Shown: positions 14,064 to 25,726 of the stretch, piece by piece
Numbering within the stretch: the first letter of the stretch is position 1
How the letters are laid out: each line of letters begins with the position of its first letter
Assembly: GCA_963848295.1 (NCBI GenBank)
Contig: CAWKDB010000010.1
Location: 4,416,001-4,480,000 of the forward strand
Length of the DNA: 64,000 bases
Direction of reading: 5' to 3'
Source: an uncultured delta proteobacterium
GTDB lineage: Bacteria; Myxococcota_A; Polyangia; Haliangiales; Haliangiaceae
Notes under the pieces: model-generated
The model's database searches: none
What the model was told of the DNA's origin: nothing
What the model saw: only the letters and a program-made list of their open reading frames with translations
Program-made: the position numbers and the translations under genes

Positions 14064-15523
14064 GACTGCCGATCGTCGCGCTGTTCGTCGTCGGTGCGTG
14101 CGTCGCCGACGGCGGACGAAACCCGGTGACGCCCGCGTGGGTCTCCGACACGACGACGTTTCATCCGGGGGCGGCGCCCGGCGCATCCATCGCCGACACC
14201 TATCGCGACCGTGCGGCGAAGATCCTCACGGCGGCGCGCGCGGATCGCGGGGCGTATCGCAAGCTCGCGCAGCTGACCGATCACATCGGCCATCGGCTGT
14301 CGGGATCACCCGAGCTCGATCGCGCGATCGCGTGGGCGACCCAGGCGATGAAGGACGACGGCCTCGAAGCTCACACCGAGAAAATCATGGTGCCGCACTG
14401 GGTCCGAGGGGCCGAAGATGGCCAGCTCGTCACGCCGATCGCACGGCCACTGCACCTGCTCGGGCTCGGCGGCACGGTGTCGACGCCGAAGGCCGGCATC
14501 ACGGCGCCGGTCGTCGTCGTCCATGACTGGGTCGAGCTCGACGCGAAGCACGACGCGGTCAAGGGGGCGATCGTGCTCTACGACGTCGCGATGCCGGCGT
14601 GGACCGAGCAGAACGAGTCGGGCTACGGCGAGGTCGTGCCGTATCGCTGGGCCGGCGCGCAGCGCGCCGCAAAGTTCGGCGCGGTCGCCGTGCTCATGCG
14701 CTCGGTCACCGCGCACAGCCTGCGCACGCCTCACACGGGCTCGCTGTCCTACGGCGATGCGATCGTGAAGATTCCAGCTGCCGCCGTGACCGTCGAGGAT
14801 TCGCTGCTGATCGCGCGCCTCGCCGCTGCCGGGCCGGTGAGCGTTCACCTTCATCTCGAGTCCCAGATGCTGCCGGATGCCGAGTCGGCGAACGTGATCG
14901 GCGAGCTGCGCGGCAAGGACAAGCCGGGCGAGATCGTCGTGATCGGCGGCCACATCGATTCGTGGGACGTCGGCCAGGGCGCGCACGATGATGGGGCAGG
15001 GATCGTGACGATGATGGAGACGCTCGCGCTGCTCAAGCGGCTTGGCTTGCAACCGCGGCGGACGATTCGCGTCGTGCTGTTCACGAACGAGGAGAACGGC
15101 CTGCGCGGCGGCGAGGGCTACGCCGAGCAGCACGCCGCGGAGCTCCCGCAGACGGTGTTCGCGATCGAATCTGATAGCGGCGGGTTCTCGCCCCGCGGCT
15201 TCACGCTCGGCGCCAGAGACGCAGCGACCGCAGCGCGGATCGAGCCGCGCCTCACCGACATCCTGTCGCTGCTTCGCCCGCTCGGTGCAACCACGCTGAC
15301 GGTCGCGGGCGAGACCGGCGGCGCGGATGTCGGCGCGATGGCACCCGCGGGCGTCCCGCAGGCGGGCCTCGAGGTCGACAACCGCACTTACTTCGACGTC
15401 CACCACACCGAGGCCGACACGCTCGACAAGGTCGATCCGGGTCAGCTCGCGGACGATGTCGCGGCGGTCGCCGTGGTGGCTTACATCATCGCGGATCTGC
15501 CCGATCGAGTCGACTCGCCGTAG
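14060..15523 (+). CDS. M28 family peptidase (carboxypeptidase Q-like), putative lipoprotein
   Basis: GTG start with VVGAC lipobox; IGHRLSGS, GGHIDSWDVGQGAHDDGAG, FTNEENG, ESDSG and YFDVHHTEADT motifs. Confidence 0.92.
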   Translation: MRLPIVALFVVGACVADGGRNPVTPAWVSDTTTFHPGAAPGASIADTYRDRAAKILTAARADRGAYRKLAQLTDHIGHRLSGSPELDRAIAWATQAMKDDGLEAHTEKIMVPHWVRGAEDGQLVTPIARPLHLLGLGGTVSTPKAGITAPVVVVHDWVELDAKHDAVKGAIVLYDVAMPAWTEQNESGYGEVVPYRWAGAQRAAKFGAVAVLMRSVTAHSLRTPHTGSLSYGDAIVKIPAAAVTVEDSLLIARLAAAGPVSVHLHLESQMLPDAESANVIGELRGKDKPGEIVVIGGHIDSWDVGQGAHDDGAGIVTMMETLALLKRLGLQPRRTIRVVLFTNEENGLRGGEGYAEQHAAELPQTVFAIESDSGGFSPRGFTLGARDAATAARIEPRLTDILSLLRPLGATTLTVAGETGGADVGAMAPAGVPQAGLEVDNRTYFDVHHTEADTLDKVDPGQLADDVAAVAVVAYIIADLPDRVDSP

Positions 15524-15548
15524 CTCCGCGCGATAAGCTCCTCGGCGA

Positions 15549-17237
<1,689 letters not shown>

Positions 17238-17254
17238 TATATAGTTTCTGGCCG

Positions 17255-17797
17255 ATGCCTGAAGAGATCGAGGTCCCGACCGAAGAGCTGCACGAGAAGA
17301 TGGGAGAGGCCGCCGAAGAGGCGGGCGAAGGGCGCAAGTGGATCTCTCGCGTCGCGCTGTCCTCGGCGCTGCTCGCGGTCCTCGCCGCGATCAGCGCGTT
17401 GCTCGCGGGCCATCACGCCAACGAGGCCATGCTCGACCAGATGAAGGCCACCGACCAGTGGGCATTCTTCCAGGCTAAAGGGATCAAGGCCGCGGTCACC
17501 CAGCAGAGCATCGACATGATGGTCAGCCTCGGCAAGCCCGAGCCCGTCGGCGCAGAGCAGAAAATGGCCGACTACCAAGCGGATCAGGCGAAGATCAAGG
17601 ACGGCGCCGACGAGCTCGAACATTCGTCGGAGGACCACATGTCACACCACGTCGAGCTCGCGCGCGGCGTCACCGTGTTCCAGGTCGCGATCGCGATGGG
17701 AGCGATCGCGGTGCTGTCGCGGCGGCCGAAGCTATGGCTGGTCAGTGTCAGCCTCGGGGGGCTCGGCCTGCTGTTCTTCATCCTCGGCCTGCTATGA
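17255..17797 (+). CDS. DUF4337-family membrane protein
   Basis: ALSSALLAVLAAI, ATDQWAFFQAKGIK and FQVAIAMGAIAVL pattern. Confidence 0.75.
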   Translation: MPEEIEVPTEELHEKMGEAAEEAGEGRKWISRVALSSALLAVLAAISALLAGHHANEAMLDQMKATDQWAFFQAKGIKAAVTQQSIDMMVSLGKPEPVGAEQKMADYQADQAKIKDGADELEHSSEDHMSHHVELARGVTVFQVAIAMGAIAVLSRRPKLWLVSVSLGGLGLLFFILGLL

Positions 17798-18726
17798 CCT
17801 CGGCGCAGACGATCCCGATCGTGGATCTGCGCGCACCGCGCGACGAGGTCGTGCGCGGCGTGGGCGAGTCGCTCGCCGAGATCGGATTCTTCGCGGTCGC
17901 GAACCACGGCGTACCCGACGCGCTCACCGCTCGGGTGTACGACGCGGCTCGTGCGGTGTTTCACCTGCCGGCGGACGTGAAGGCGCGCTACCACGACCCC
18001 GATAAGCTCGCGCAGCGCGGCTATACCGGCTTCGGCAAGGAGCACGCGCGCGATCAAGCCGCGCCGGACTTGAAGGAGTTCTGGCAGGTCGGCCGCGTCG
18101 ACGTGCCGGACGATCACGCGGTCCATCAGCGGTTTGGCGCGAACGTGTGGCCGGCCGAGGTCCCCGAGTTTCGGGCCGCGATCACCGAGCTCTATCGTCA
18201 CCTCGATCAGCTCGGCGGCACCTTGCTCGAAGCCTGTGCCGCGTACCTCGACGAGCCCGACGGCCGGTTCCGCGACATGGCGCGCGAAGCCGACACGATC
18301 GTGCGCGTGCTGTACTACCCGCCGACGGTGGGCGCACCCGCCGGCTCGGTTCGCTCGGCGGCCCACGAGGACATCAACCTGATCACGCTGCTCTCGGGCG
18401 CGACCGCCGAGGGCCTCGAGCTGCTGCGCCACGACGGCAGCTGGCTGCCGGTCCACACCGGGTTCGACACGATCGTCGTCGACGCGGGCGACATGCTGCA
18501 GAATGCGACGAACGGGCTGTACAAGAGCACGACTCATCGCGTGGTCAACCCGCGCGACGGCGCGAGCGAGAGGTTCTCGATCCCGTGCTTCATTCACGCG
18601 CGGCCCGACGTCGATCTCGCGCCGCTGCCGAGCTGCATCGCCCGCACCGGTGGTGTCGCGCGTTATCCGAGCGTCACCGCCGGCGCTTATCTCGCGCAGC
18701 GGCTCCGCGAGATCGGCCTGGCGTGA
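17794..18726 (+). CDS. 2-oxoglutarate/Fe(II) dioxygenase (isopenicillin N synthase family)
   Basis: IPIVDL, GFFAVANHG, AHEDINLITLL (HxD), STTHRV and RFSIPCF (RxS) motifs. Confidence 0.92.
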   Translation: MTSAQTIPIVDLRAPRDEVVRGVGESLAEIGFFAVANHGVPDALTARVYDAARAVFHLPADVKARYHDPDKLAQRGYTGFGKEHARDQAAPDLKEFWQVGRVDVPDDHAVHQRFGANVWPAEVPEFRAAITELYRHLDQLGGTLLEACAAYLDEPDGRFRDMAREADTIVRVLYYPPTVGAPAGSVRSAAHEDINLITLLSGATAEGLELLRHDGSWLPVHTGFDTIVVDAGDMLQNATNGLYKSTTHRVVNPRDGASERFSIPCFIHARPDVDLAPLPSCIARTGGVARYPSVTAGAYLAQRLREIGLA

Positions 18727-18999
18727 GGCGTCGCCGCAGGCAGGCTCGGGCCCCGACTTAGACGGTGCCCCCGCGATCTCGGGAAATGTTTTTCGGGGGC
18801 TCCGGCTCCGAACGCGATCGGTCGGCCGCCGCCGCGCCGCCTGGACGCGGAGGCCGTGGGGCAAGCGGCCCGGCTCGCGCGGCGATCTGCGAAGTGTCCG
18901 GTCACCGTGCGTCGATCGCGTCTCGCGGGGTCATCGACCGTGAGGGAGTCCACGCCGTTCCCGCTCGCGCACCCACCCGCCGCGAGATACGCTCTCCCT

Positions 19000-20361
19000 A
19001 TGCTGCGGATCGTTTGCGTCGGACTGCTGGTCGCGGCGCTCGCGCCACAGGCGTTCGCGAACGGACGCAACCCCGGGACCTCGACGCTGCACTTCCGGCA
19101 CGGGGCCGAAACCGACATCGTCGGGGGCATGACGTTCGGTGTGCTGATCTCGCACGACAGCGGCGCGACGTGGCGTTGGATGTGCGAAGCATCGGTCGGC
19201 TACGCCGGCACGTACGATCCGGACTACGAATGGGGTCCGGGCCCGGCGCCTGGCTCGCTGTTCGCGACGACGTTCGACGGGCTCAAAGACAATAGCGACG
19301 GCTGCACGTACGCGAACTGTCCCTCGGGCACGACGTTCGTGTCACAAGTCGAGATCGGACCCGATGGCGCGGTGTACTACGCCGCGTCGGATCCCGCCGA
19401 CATCAAGATCTACAAGAGCACGGACAACGGCGTATCGTTCACCCAGTCGAGCACACCTCCGGGCTCCGACATCCTCGTCGGCACGGCCTACGGCACGTGG
19501 TGGGACTCGCTCATCGTCTCGCCGTCGAATGCGCAGCGGGTCTATCTGAGCGGCTACTTGCTCACCGCCGGTCAGCCGCGCACTCAGTTCCTATTTCGCA
19601 GCGACGACGGCGGCGCGACGTTCACGCCGATGGTCCTGACCGGGATCACGACGACGCTCAACTCGGCGATCGACTTCGTCGCGGTCGATCCGACGAACCC
19701 CGACATCGCCTATGTGCGCGTCAAGCAGGAATCCTCGATGGGCGAGGGTCTGTACAAGACGACGAACGGCGGCGCGAGCGGATCGTGGACGCACCTGCTG
19801 TCGGAGAACGACTCGCCGCTGTCGCTCGTCGTGCGTAACGATGGCTCGCTCGTCGCGGGCAGCCCGAACCTCGGCATGCACACGTCGCCGGATGGCACGA
19901 CGTGGACCGACCTCGTCAACCCGCCGCACGTCAACTGTCTCGCCCATAACTCGGCCGACGAAGTGTGGGCGTGCACCGCGAACTTCGACGTTCCGGGCGG
20001 GCCGCCGAAAGATGGCTACGGGATCATGAAGTCGAGCGGCGACCTGTCGACGTGGACGCCGCTGCTGCGGTTCCAAGACATCATGGACCCGGTCGCGTGC
20101 GCCGCGGGAACCGTGCAAGAGGATCAGTGCGTGCTGCCGTACATGGCCAAGCCGTCGGTGTGGTGCGGGCTGATGACACAGCTCGGGATCACGTCGACGT
20201 CGATCCCGTGCGCCTCGTTCAACGTCGACGGCGCGGTGGACGGCGCACCCCTCGTATCGCCGCCAAAGGGCTGCTGCGATACCAGCGGCGGCGGCACGAT
20301 GTCGGCGCTCGTGCTCGGTGGGTTGATCACGCTGATCTTCGGCCGGCGTAAGCGCCGTTGA
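19000..20361 (+). CDS. Secreted BNR/Asp-box beta-propeller protein with MYXO-CTERM-like tail (copy 1)
   Basis: Signal peptide ending AFA-NGR; SHDSGATW, STDNGVSF and SDDGGATF Asp-boxes; C-terminal GCC-TM-RRKRR. Confidence 0.8.
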   Translation: MLRIVCVGLLVAALAPQAFANGRNPGTSTLHFRHGAETDIVGGMTFGVLISHDSGATWRWMCEASVGYAGTYDPDYEWGPGPAPGSLFATTFDGLKDNSDGCTYANCPSGTTFVSQVEIGPDGAVYYAASDPADIKIYKSTDNGVSFTQSSTPPGSDILVGTAYGTWWDSLIVSPSNAQRVYLSGYLLTAGQPRTQFLFRSDDGGATFTPMVLTGITTTLNSAIDFVAVDPTNPDIAYVRVKQESSMGEGLYKTTNGGASGSWTHLLSENDSPLSLVVRNDGSLVAGSPNLGMHTSPDGTTWTDLVNPPHVNCLAHNSADEVWACTANFDVPGGPPKDGYGIMKSSGDLSTWTPLLRFQDIMDPVACAAGTVQEDQCVLPYMAKPSVWCGLMTQLGITSTSIPCASFNVDGAVDGAPLVSPPKGCCDTSGGGTMSALVLGGLITLIFGRRKRR

Positions 20362-21689
20362 GTTCGCGACGGCTCGGCGCGCTCGCCGCGCTCGCTGTCG
20401 CGGCGGTTGCTCCATCTGCGTATGCGAACGGACGCCCCTCCGGCACGTCGACGATCAACTTCCGCCACGGTCACGACCAAGACATCGCGGCGGGCATGAC
20501 GTTCGGGTTGTTGCTGTCGCACGACGGCGGCGCGACCTGGCAATGGATGTGCGAGGACGCGGTCGGGTTTGCCGGCACGTTCGACCCTGACTTCGACTAC
20601 GCGGCCAACGGCTCGTTGTTCGCGACGACGCTCGCCGAAGGCCTGAAGCTCGAGGCCGATGGCTGCACCTTCGCGGCGACGCCGTCCGGCACGACGAACG
20701 TGACACAAGTCGAGATCGGGCCGGACGGCGCGGTCTACTACGCCGCGTCCGACCCGGCCGATATGAAGATCTACAAGAGCACCGACGGTGGCGTGACGTT
20801 CCCGCAATCGGCGATGCCACCCGGCGCGCCGGTGGGTGCGAACTGGCAATCGCTCGCGGTCGCGCCGTCGGATCCGCAGCGGATCTATCTCACCGGCTAT
20901 CAGACGGCGCACGGCGACCCGAACGCGCAGTTCTTGTACCGCAGCGATGACGGTGGCGCGTCGTTCGTACCGATCGCGGCCGATGGTCTGACCACGACGA
21001 CGAACACCAAGATCGACATCGTGGGTATCGATCCGGTCGACCCGGATATCGTTTACATCCGAGTCGAGGACGAGAGCCCGATGGGCCAAGGCCTGTACAA
21101 GACGACGAACGGCGGCGCGAGCGGAGGCTGGACTCACATCCGCTCCGACAACGACGCGCCACTCGTGCTGCTGGTCCGCGCGGACGGCAGCCTGGTCGAA
21201 GCGAGTCCGTTTCTGGGAGCGCGTACATCGACCGATGGCGGCGCGACGTGGACGGAATTGGCCGGCGCGCCGCACCTCAATTGTCTCTCTGCCAATAGCG
21301 CCGGTGAGATCTGGGGCTGCACGGTCGACCTCGCGGGGATGGGCAGTCCGCCACCCGACGGCTGGGCGATCATGAAGACCGACGATCTGGTGACGTGGAC
21401 CGGGGTGTTGAAGTTCACCGATATCCAAGCGCCGGTGTCGTGTCCGGCTGGGACGGTGCAGCAAGACCAATGCGTGTTGCCATACCAAGGCAAGGCATCC
21501 GTGTGGTGCATCCTCACCGTGCAGCTCGGGATCACGGCGACGCCGATCGATTGTTCGCAACCGCTACCGGAGGGCGCGCCGATCCATCGCGGCGGCTGCT
21601 GTGACAGTGGGGGTGGTGCGGCGAACGGGCTGCTCGGCGCATTAACCGCTATGCTGTGGGTCGTGCGACGGCGGAGGACTTCATGCTGA
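20358..21689 (+). CDS. Secreted BNR/Asp-box beta-propeller protein with MYXO-CTERM-like tail (copy 2, tandem paralog)
   Basis: Colinear with copy 1 (e.g. QVEIGPDGAVYYAASDPAD, GLYKTTNGGASG); GGCC-TM-RRRR tail. Confidence 0.8.
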   Translation: MSSRRLGALAALAVAAVAPSAYANGRPSGTSTINFRHGHDQDIAAGMTFGLLLSHDGGATWQWMCEDAVGFAGTFDPDFDYAANGSLFATTLAEGLKLEADGCTFAATPSGTTNVTQVEIGPDGAVYYAASDPADMKIYKSTDGGVTFPQSAMPPGAPVGANWQSLAVAPSDPQRIYLTGYQTAHGDPNAQFLYRSDDGGASFVPIAADGLTTTTNTKIDIVGIDPVDPDIVYIRVEDESPMGQGLYKTTNGGASGGWTHIRSDNDAPLVLLVRADGSLVEASPFLGARTSTDGGATWTELAGAPHLNCLSANSAGEIWGCTVDLAGMGSPPPDGWAIMKTDDLVTWTGVLKFTDIQAPVSCPAGTVQQDQCVLPYQGKASVWCILTVQLGITATPIDCSQPLPEGAPIHRGGCCDSGGGAANGLLGALTAMLWVVRRRRTSC

Positions 21690-22729
21690 CGCGTCTCGAT
21701 CGCTTCGCGTATCACTCGCAACATCTGTCGTTCTTGATCAACGCGACCGTGATGCAGGAGGCGGCGCGGTTCGTGACTCGCCATCCGCGGCCGGTGATCG
21801 GCGCGGACGAGCTGACGTTGCTCGATCGGCGCCGCCGCGAGCTCCACGCGCGCGATCTCGCAAACGTCGACGCCGGCGCGTATCCGCGCGAGCTGTTGTT
21901 CGACATCCCAGTGCGCGGATTCTTGCGCGCGTTGCCGGCACTGCTGCGCGATGCGCCGCGCGTCGTCCGCCGCAAACGCGAGAACGACTTTCGCGACATT
22001 CCAGTCGTCGATAAGACCCGGTACCCGGCCTACTATCGCCGAACGTTCCATTGGCAGACCGACGGCTACTTCAGCGATCATTCTGCGGCGGTCTACGAGC
22101 TCGGCGTCGAGCTGCTGTTTCGCGGCACCGCCGATGTCATGCGGCGGATGATCATCCCGCCGATCACCGCGTTCGCGCGCGCGGCCCGCGCTGGCGTGAT
22201 CGAGCCAGGACTCGGGATGACCCGTTCGCTCAAGATCCTCGACGTCGGGTGTGGCACCGGCCGGACGCTGCATCAGCTATGGCGGAGCGATCCGTCGCAC
22301 CGGCTGCACGGCGTCGACCTTTCGCCTGCGTATGTTCGCGCCGCGCGCAAGCGACTCGAGGCGGTCGGCGAGCTCACGCTTGCGGTCGAGAACGGCGAGG
22401 CATTGCCGTGGGCCGATGCGACGTTCGATGTCGTCACGAGCGTCTACATGTGCCACGAGCTGCCGCGCAAGGCGCGCCGCAACGTCCTGCGCGAGATGCT
22501 GCGAGTCGTGCGTCCGGGCGGCCTGATCGTGATCGAGGATTCGGCGCAGCCGGCGGACAGCCCACAGCTCGCGGCCGTGCTCCACGATTTTCCGCGCGAC
22601 TTCCACGAGCCGTTCTACGACGACTACCTCGAGGACGATCTCGCGGCCGCACTCACCGAGGTCGGCGCTCGCGTCGAGTCGAGCGAGCCGCACCTCGTCG
22701 CGAAGGTCGTGGTCGCGCACCGGCCGTAG
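21683..22729 (+). CDS. Class I SAM-dependent methyltransferase
   Basis: ILDVGCGTG motif I, FDVVTSVYMCHELP and YYRRTFHWQTDGY. Confidence 0.88.
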   Translation: MLTRLDRFAYHSQHLSFLINATVMQEAARFVTRHPRPVIGADELTLLDRRRRELHARDLANVDAGAYPRELLFDIPVRGFLRALPALLRDAPRVVRRKRENDFRDIPVVDKTRYPAYYRRTFHWQTDGYFSDHSAAVYELGVELLFRGTADVMRRMIIPPITAFARAARAGVIEPGLGMTRSLKILDVGCGTGRTLHQLWRSDPSHRLHGVDLSPAYVRAARKRLEAVGELTLAVENGEALPWADATFDVVTSVYMCHELPRKARRNVLREMLRVVRPGGLIVIEDSAQPADSPQLAAVLHDFPRDFHEPFYDDYLEDDLAAALTEVGARVESSEPHLVAKVVVAHRP

Positions 22730-22890
22730 CAAGGCCTCGCGAACCTCGCCGAGGTCCGGGTTCGCTCGTGACGTGACGCCGCAACGTCCGGTGTCACCTG
22801 CTCTTGTTCGCTGACGCCCGGACCGCTCATTCCGACCGTTTGCGTTGCGGCGCTACGGCCTCCTGGCTCGCTTGGGCATACGCTCCGCGG

Positions 22891-23988
22891 ATGCCCGACG
22901 ATCCGAACGCGAAGCTCGCGCCGTTACGCGCCGAGCTCGGCCAGGTGGACCGCGAGATCTTGGCGCTCGTCGCGCGGCGCCAGGCGGTCGCGCAAAAGAT
23001 CGGCCAGATCAAGCGCGCGGCCGCGATTCCGACGCGCGACTTCCGCCAGGAGCGCGACGTCGTCGAACGAGCGAGGACGGCGGCCCAGCAGCACGGACTG
23101 TCGCCTCGCTTTGGCGAAGAGCTCGTGCTCGCCCTCATCCGCGAGTCGCTGACCGTGCAAGAGCGCGACACGGTCGCGGCGAGTGGCGAGGGCGGTGGTC
23201 GCCGCGCGCTCGTCATCGGTGGTTGCGGCAACATGGGCCGCTGGTTCGTGCGCTACCTCGACGCGCAGGGGTTCGTCGTCGAGATCTCGGACCCGGCCGC
23301 GGCGGATCCGGCGCAGCGCGATTGGCGCACCGTCACGCTCGATCACGAGCTCATCGTCGTCGCCGCGCCGATGACGGCGACCGCCGAGATCCTGCGCGCG
23401 ATGGCAGCCTCCCCGCCGCGGGGCGTCGTCTTCGACGTGGGTTCGCTCAAGAGCCCCTTGCGCGAAGCGTTGCACGCCCTGCGTCAGGCCGGGGGCAACG
23501 TCACGTCGGTCCATCCGATGTTCGGGCCCGACACCGAGCTGCTCAGCGGCCGCCACGTGATCTTCGTCGACGTCGGGGTTCCGGCCGCGACCGCCGCGGC
23601 CCGCGCGTTATTCGAGCCGACGATGGCGACCCTGGTCGAGATGGATCTCGAGAGCCACGATCGGCTGATCGCGTACGTGCTCGGGCTATCCCACGCACTC
23701 AACATCGCGTTCTTCACCGCGCTCGCCGACAGTGGCGAAGCCGCCCCCCGGCTCGCGACGCTGTCGTCGACCACGTTCGACGCCCAGCTCCGTGTCGCGG
23801 CCAACGTCGCGCACGAGAACCCGGACCTCTACTTCGAGATCCAAACCCTCAACGACTACGGCACCGAATCCATAGCCGCGCTGCTCTACGCCGTCGAGCG
23901 CCTGCGCTCCGTCGTGCGAGCCAACGACCTCGAAGGCTTCCGAGCGCTGATGACGCGCGGTCGCGGCTACCTCGCGCTCCGCCGGTAG
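22891..23988 (+). CDS. tyrA: Bifunctional chorismate mutase / prephenate dehydrogenase
   Basis: N-terminal CM_2 domain ([19 protein letters not shown]...RDFRQE); Rossmann [14 protein letters not shown] and HPMFGP. Confidence 0.9.
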   Translation: MPDDPNAKLAPLRAELGQVDREILALVARRQAVAQKIGQIKRAAAIPTRDFRQERDVVERARTAAQQHGLSPRFGEELVLALIRESLTVQERDTVAASGEGGGRRALVIGGCGNMGRWFVRYLDAQGFVVEISDPAAADPAQRDWRTVTLDHELIVVAAPMTATAEILRAMAASPPRGVVFDVGSLKSPLREALHALRQAGGNVTSVHPMFGPDTELLSGRHVIFVDVGVPAATAAARALFEPTMATLVEMDLESHDRLIAYVLGLSHALNIAFFTALADSGEAAPRLATLSSTTFDAQLRVAANVAHENPDLYFEIQTLNDYGTESIAALLYAVERLRSVVRANDLEGFRALMTRGRGYLALRR

Positions 23989-23991
23989 GGT

Positions 23992-24070
23992 GACGCTGTC
24001 TCTTTTGTCAACTTGCGCTGGATCGCGTCGCCGCGAAGTCCTGGGGACGCTGTCTCTTTTGTCAACTTGC
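23992..24070. repeat. Two identical 25-bp direct repeats (gacgctgtctcttttgtcaacttgc) separated by 29 bp
   Basis: Copies at 23992-24016 and 24046-24070, between convergent genes. Confidence 0.9.
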
Positions 24071-24083
24071 ACCGACAGGCTGG

Positions 24084-24902
24084 CTACGCCGCGGCGCCGA
24101 CCGCCGTGACGCCGAGCAGCGCGCGGACCTCCGCGAGCGGCGTCGCCCAATGGTCTTCCCACGGGAACGTCACGAGGTGCTCGGCATCGGCACCTGCGCG
24201 ATACGCGCGCAGCGCTTCGCGCGCCAGCATCGGCCTCGACCGCAAGCTGCGTAGTGTGCCGACCGCGCTCAGGATCAGGGTGCTCGGCGCTCGCACCTGG
24301 CCGTAAGTGAACGCCTGGAGAGCGACTTCGCCGGGCGTATCGGTGCTGCAACCGGTAACGACGTGCCACAGGTCATGGGTCTGGCGCATTCGTTGGACGA
24401 CGTACTGCGCACGCGGGTCGCGGATATCGGCCGGTGGCGCGTCGAACACTTCGGGTGTCAGGCCGCGCGAGCGCAAGAAGTGAGCGTACGCGTGACCGAG
24501 GGTGCCATCCGGTAGCGCGGCGAGCGCATCGAGGTCGATCGTCTTCGAGTTGATCTCGCGATGCTCGGCGTACAGCTTCTGGCCGCGCGGATCGGAGTAG
24601 AACCGCTCGAGTCGGCGCGCGGTCGTCCCGGCGTTCGCGTAGCTGCTGAACACGAGGACCTCGTCGGTGCGCTCGGGATCGGCGGCAACGACCGCGAGCG
24701 CCTTGAGCGCGCGGCGCCATCGGGTCAGCGGCGGCAATGCTGCGATATCGCCGAGCTCACCGGTGACGCCGGTCGAACCGACGACGGCACCAGCACCGGT
24801 CGGGGCGGCCGTGCCGGCGCGGGGAGCCACGCCGGGATCAGCAGGGCGGGGATTAGCCGGAGTAGCGAGGTTCAGGTTCATAGCGGTGGCGGCGGCGGAC
24901 AT
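24084..24902 (-). CDS. Coq4-family protein
   Basis: LAALPDGTLGHAYAHFL and RMRQTHDLWHVVTG...GEVALQAF (HDxxH-x11-E) Coq4 signature. Confidence 0.85.
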   Translation of the reverse strand: MSAAATAMNLNLATPANPRPADPGVAPRAGTAAPTGAGAVVGSTGVTGELGDIAALPPLTRWRRALKALAVVAADPERTDEVLVFSSYANAGTTARRLERFYSDPRGQKLYAEHREINSKTIDLDALAALPDGTLGHAYAHFLRSRGLTPEVFDAPPADIRDPRAQYVVQRMRQTHDLWHVVTGCSTDTPGEVALQAFTYGQVRAPSTLILSAVGTLRSLRSRPMLAREALRAYRAGADAEHLVTFPWEDHWATPLAEVRALLGVTAVGAAA

Positions 24903-24927
24903 GGCGACCTCCTGGTCTTGGCGTCCG

Positions 24928-25001
24928 TTATTGTCACCTTGATAATAAGACCTCGATCGTTATTGTCAAGGTGCCAATAACTATTGTCAGGGTACAAATA
25001 G
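24928..25001. promoter_or_regulatory. Three 21-bp palindromic operators (TTATTGTCA-N3-TGACAATAA consensus), probable TetR sites
   Basis: ttattgtca-cct-tgataataa (24928-24948), ttattgtca-agg-tgccaataa (24960-24980), ctattgtca-ggg-tacaaatag (24981-25001). Confidence 0.8.
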
Positions 25002-25003
25002 CC

Positions 25004-25684
25004 ATGCCTCGGATCCCCAAGATTCCTAAGCTGTTTCGCCGCAACCGGCCCAAGCCGCCGCGCCGGCGCAGGTCGCCCGAGCTTGCGCGGACCGAGCTGC
25101 TCGATGCTGCCGAGCGGGTATTTGCAGAGCTCCAGCCCGATCAAGTCGGCCTCAAGGAGATTGCCGAGGATGCGGGAGTCAGCCACGCGTTGATCACGCA
25201 CTACTTCGGCACCTACGCCGGTCTGATCGAGGCGGTGTTCGAGCGTCGCAACCGAGTACTGCGCGACAAGATCATCGACGGGCTGACGATGCCCGGCGCA
25301 TTGACCCGCGCGGGCGAGCTGCTCGGCATGCTGTGGACCGCGCTCGAGGATCCGATCCACGTCCGCCTCATGCGTTGGCTGATCGCGAGCGAGCGGCCGA
25401 ACGCATCGCATGCGTTCGCGTTTCAGGACCACGGGCTGCAACAGGTCGCGCGCCGTGTCGCCGCGACGCTGACGACCAAACCATCCGCGGAGATGATCGA
25501 TCGGATCGAGATCACGTTGATCACCGCGGTTGCGGCCGCCTACGGCTATGCGACGAGCAAGTACGCGCTCGCCGCCGCCGCCGATCGGCCGGTGTCGCGG
25601 GCACTCGATCACCGCGTCCGCGACACGCTCGCGTCGATGGTCCAGCACCAGCTGCGGGCGGAGCTCGCGGCCCTCACCCTGTAG
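25004..25684 (+). CDS. TetR/AcrR family transcriptional regulator
   Basis: ELLDAAERVF...LKEIAEDAGVSHALITHYFG HTH. Confidence 0.92.
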   Translation: MPRIPKIPKLFRRNRPKPPRRRRSPELARTELLDAAERVFAELQPDQVGLKEIAEDAGVSHALITHYFGTYAGLIEAVFERRNRVLRDKIIDGLTMPGALTRAGELLGMLWTALEDPIHVRLMRWLIASERPNASHAFAFQDHGLQQVARRVAATLTTKPSAEMIDRIEITLITAVAAAYGYATSKYALAAAADRPVSRALDHRVRDTLASMVQHQLRAELAALTL

Positions 25685-25726
25685 GACGCGGAGCGCCGCT
25701 GGGCCTCGGTCTGCTAGGCTTGCTGG

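Noticed and set aside
23992..24070. CRISPR array
   Set aside because: Only two repeats, no dyad symmetry and no cas genes in the window; kept as an unexplained direct repeat.
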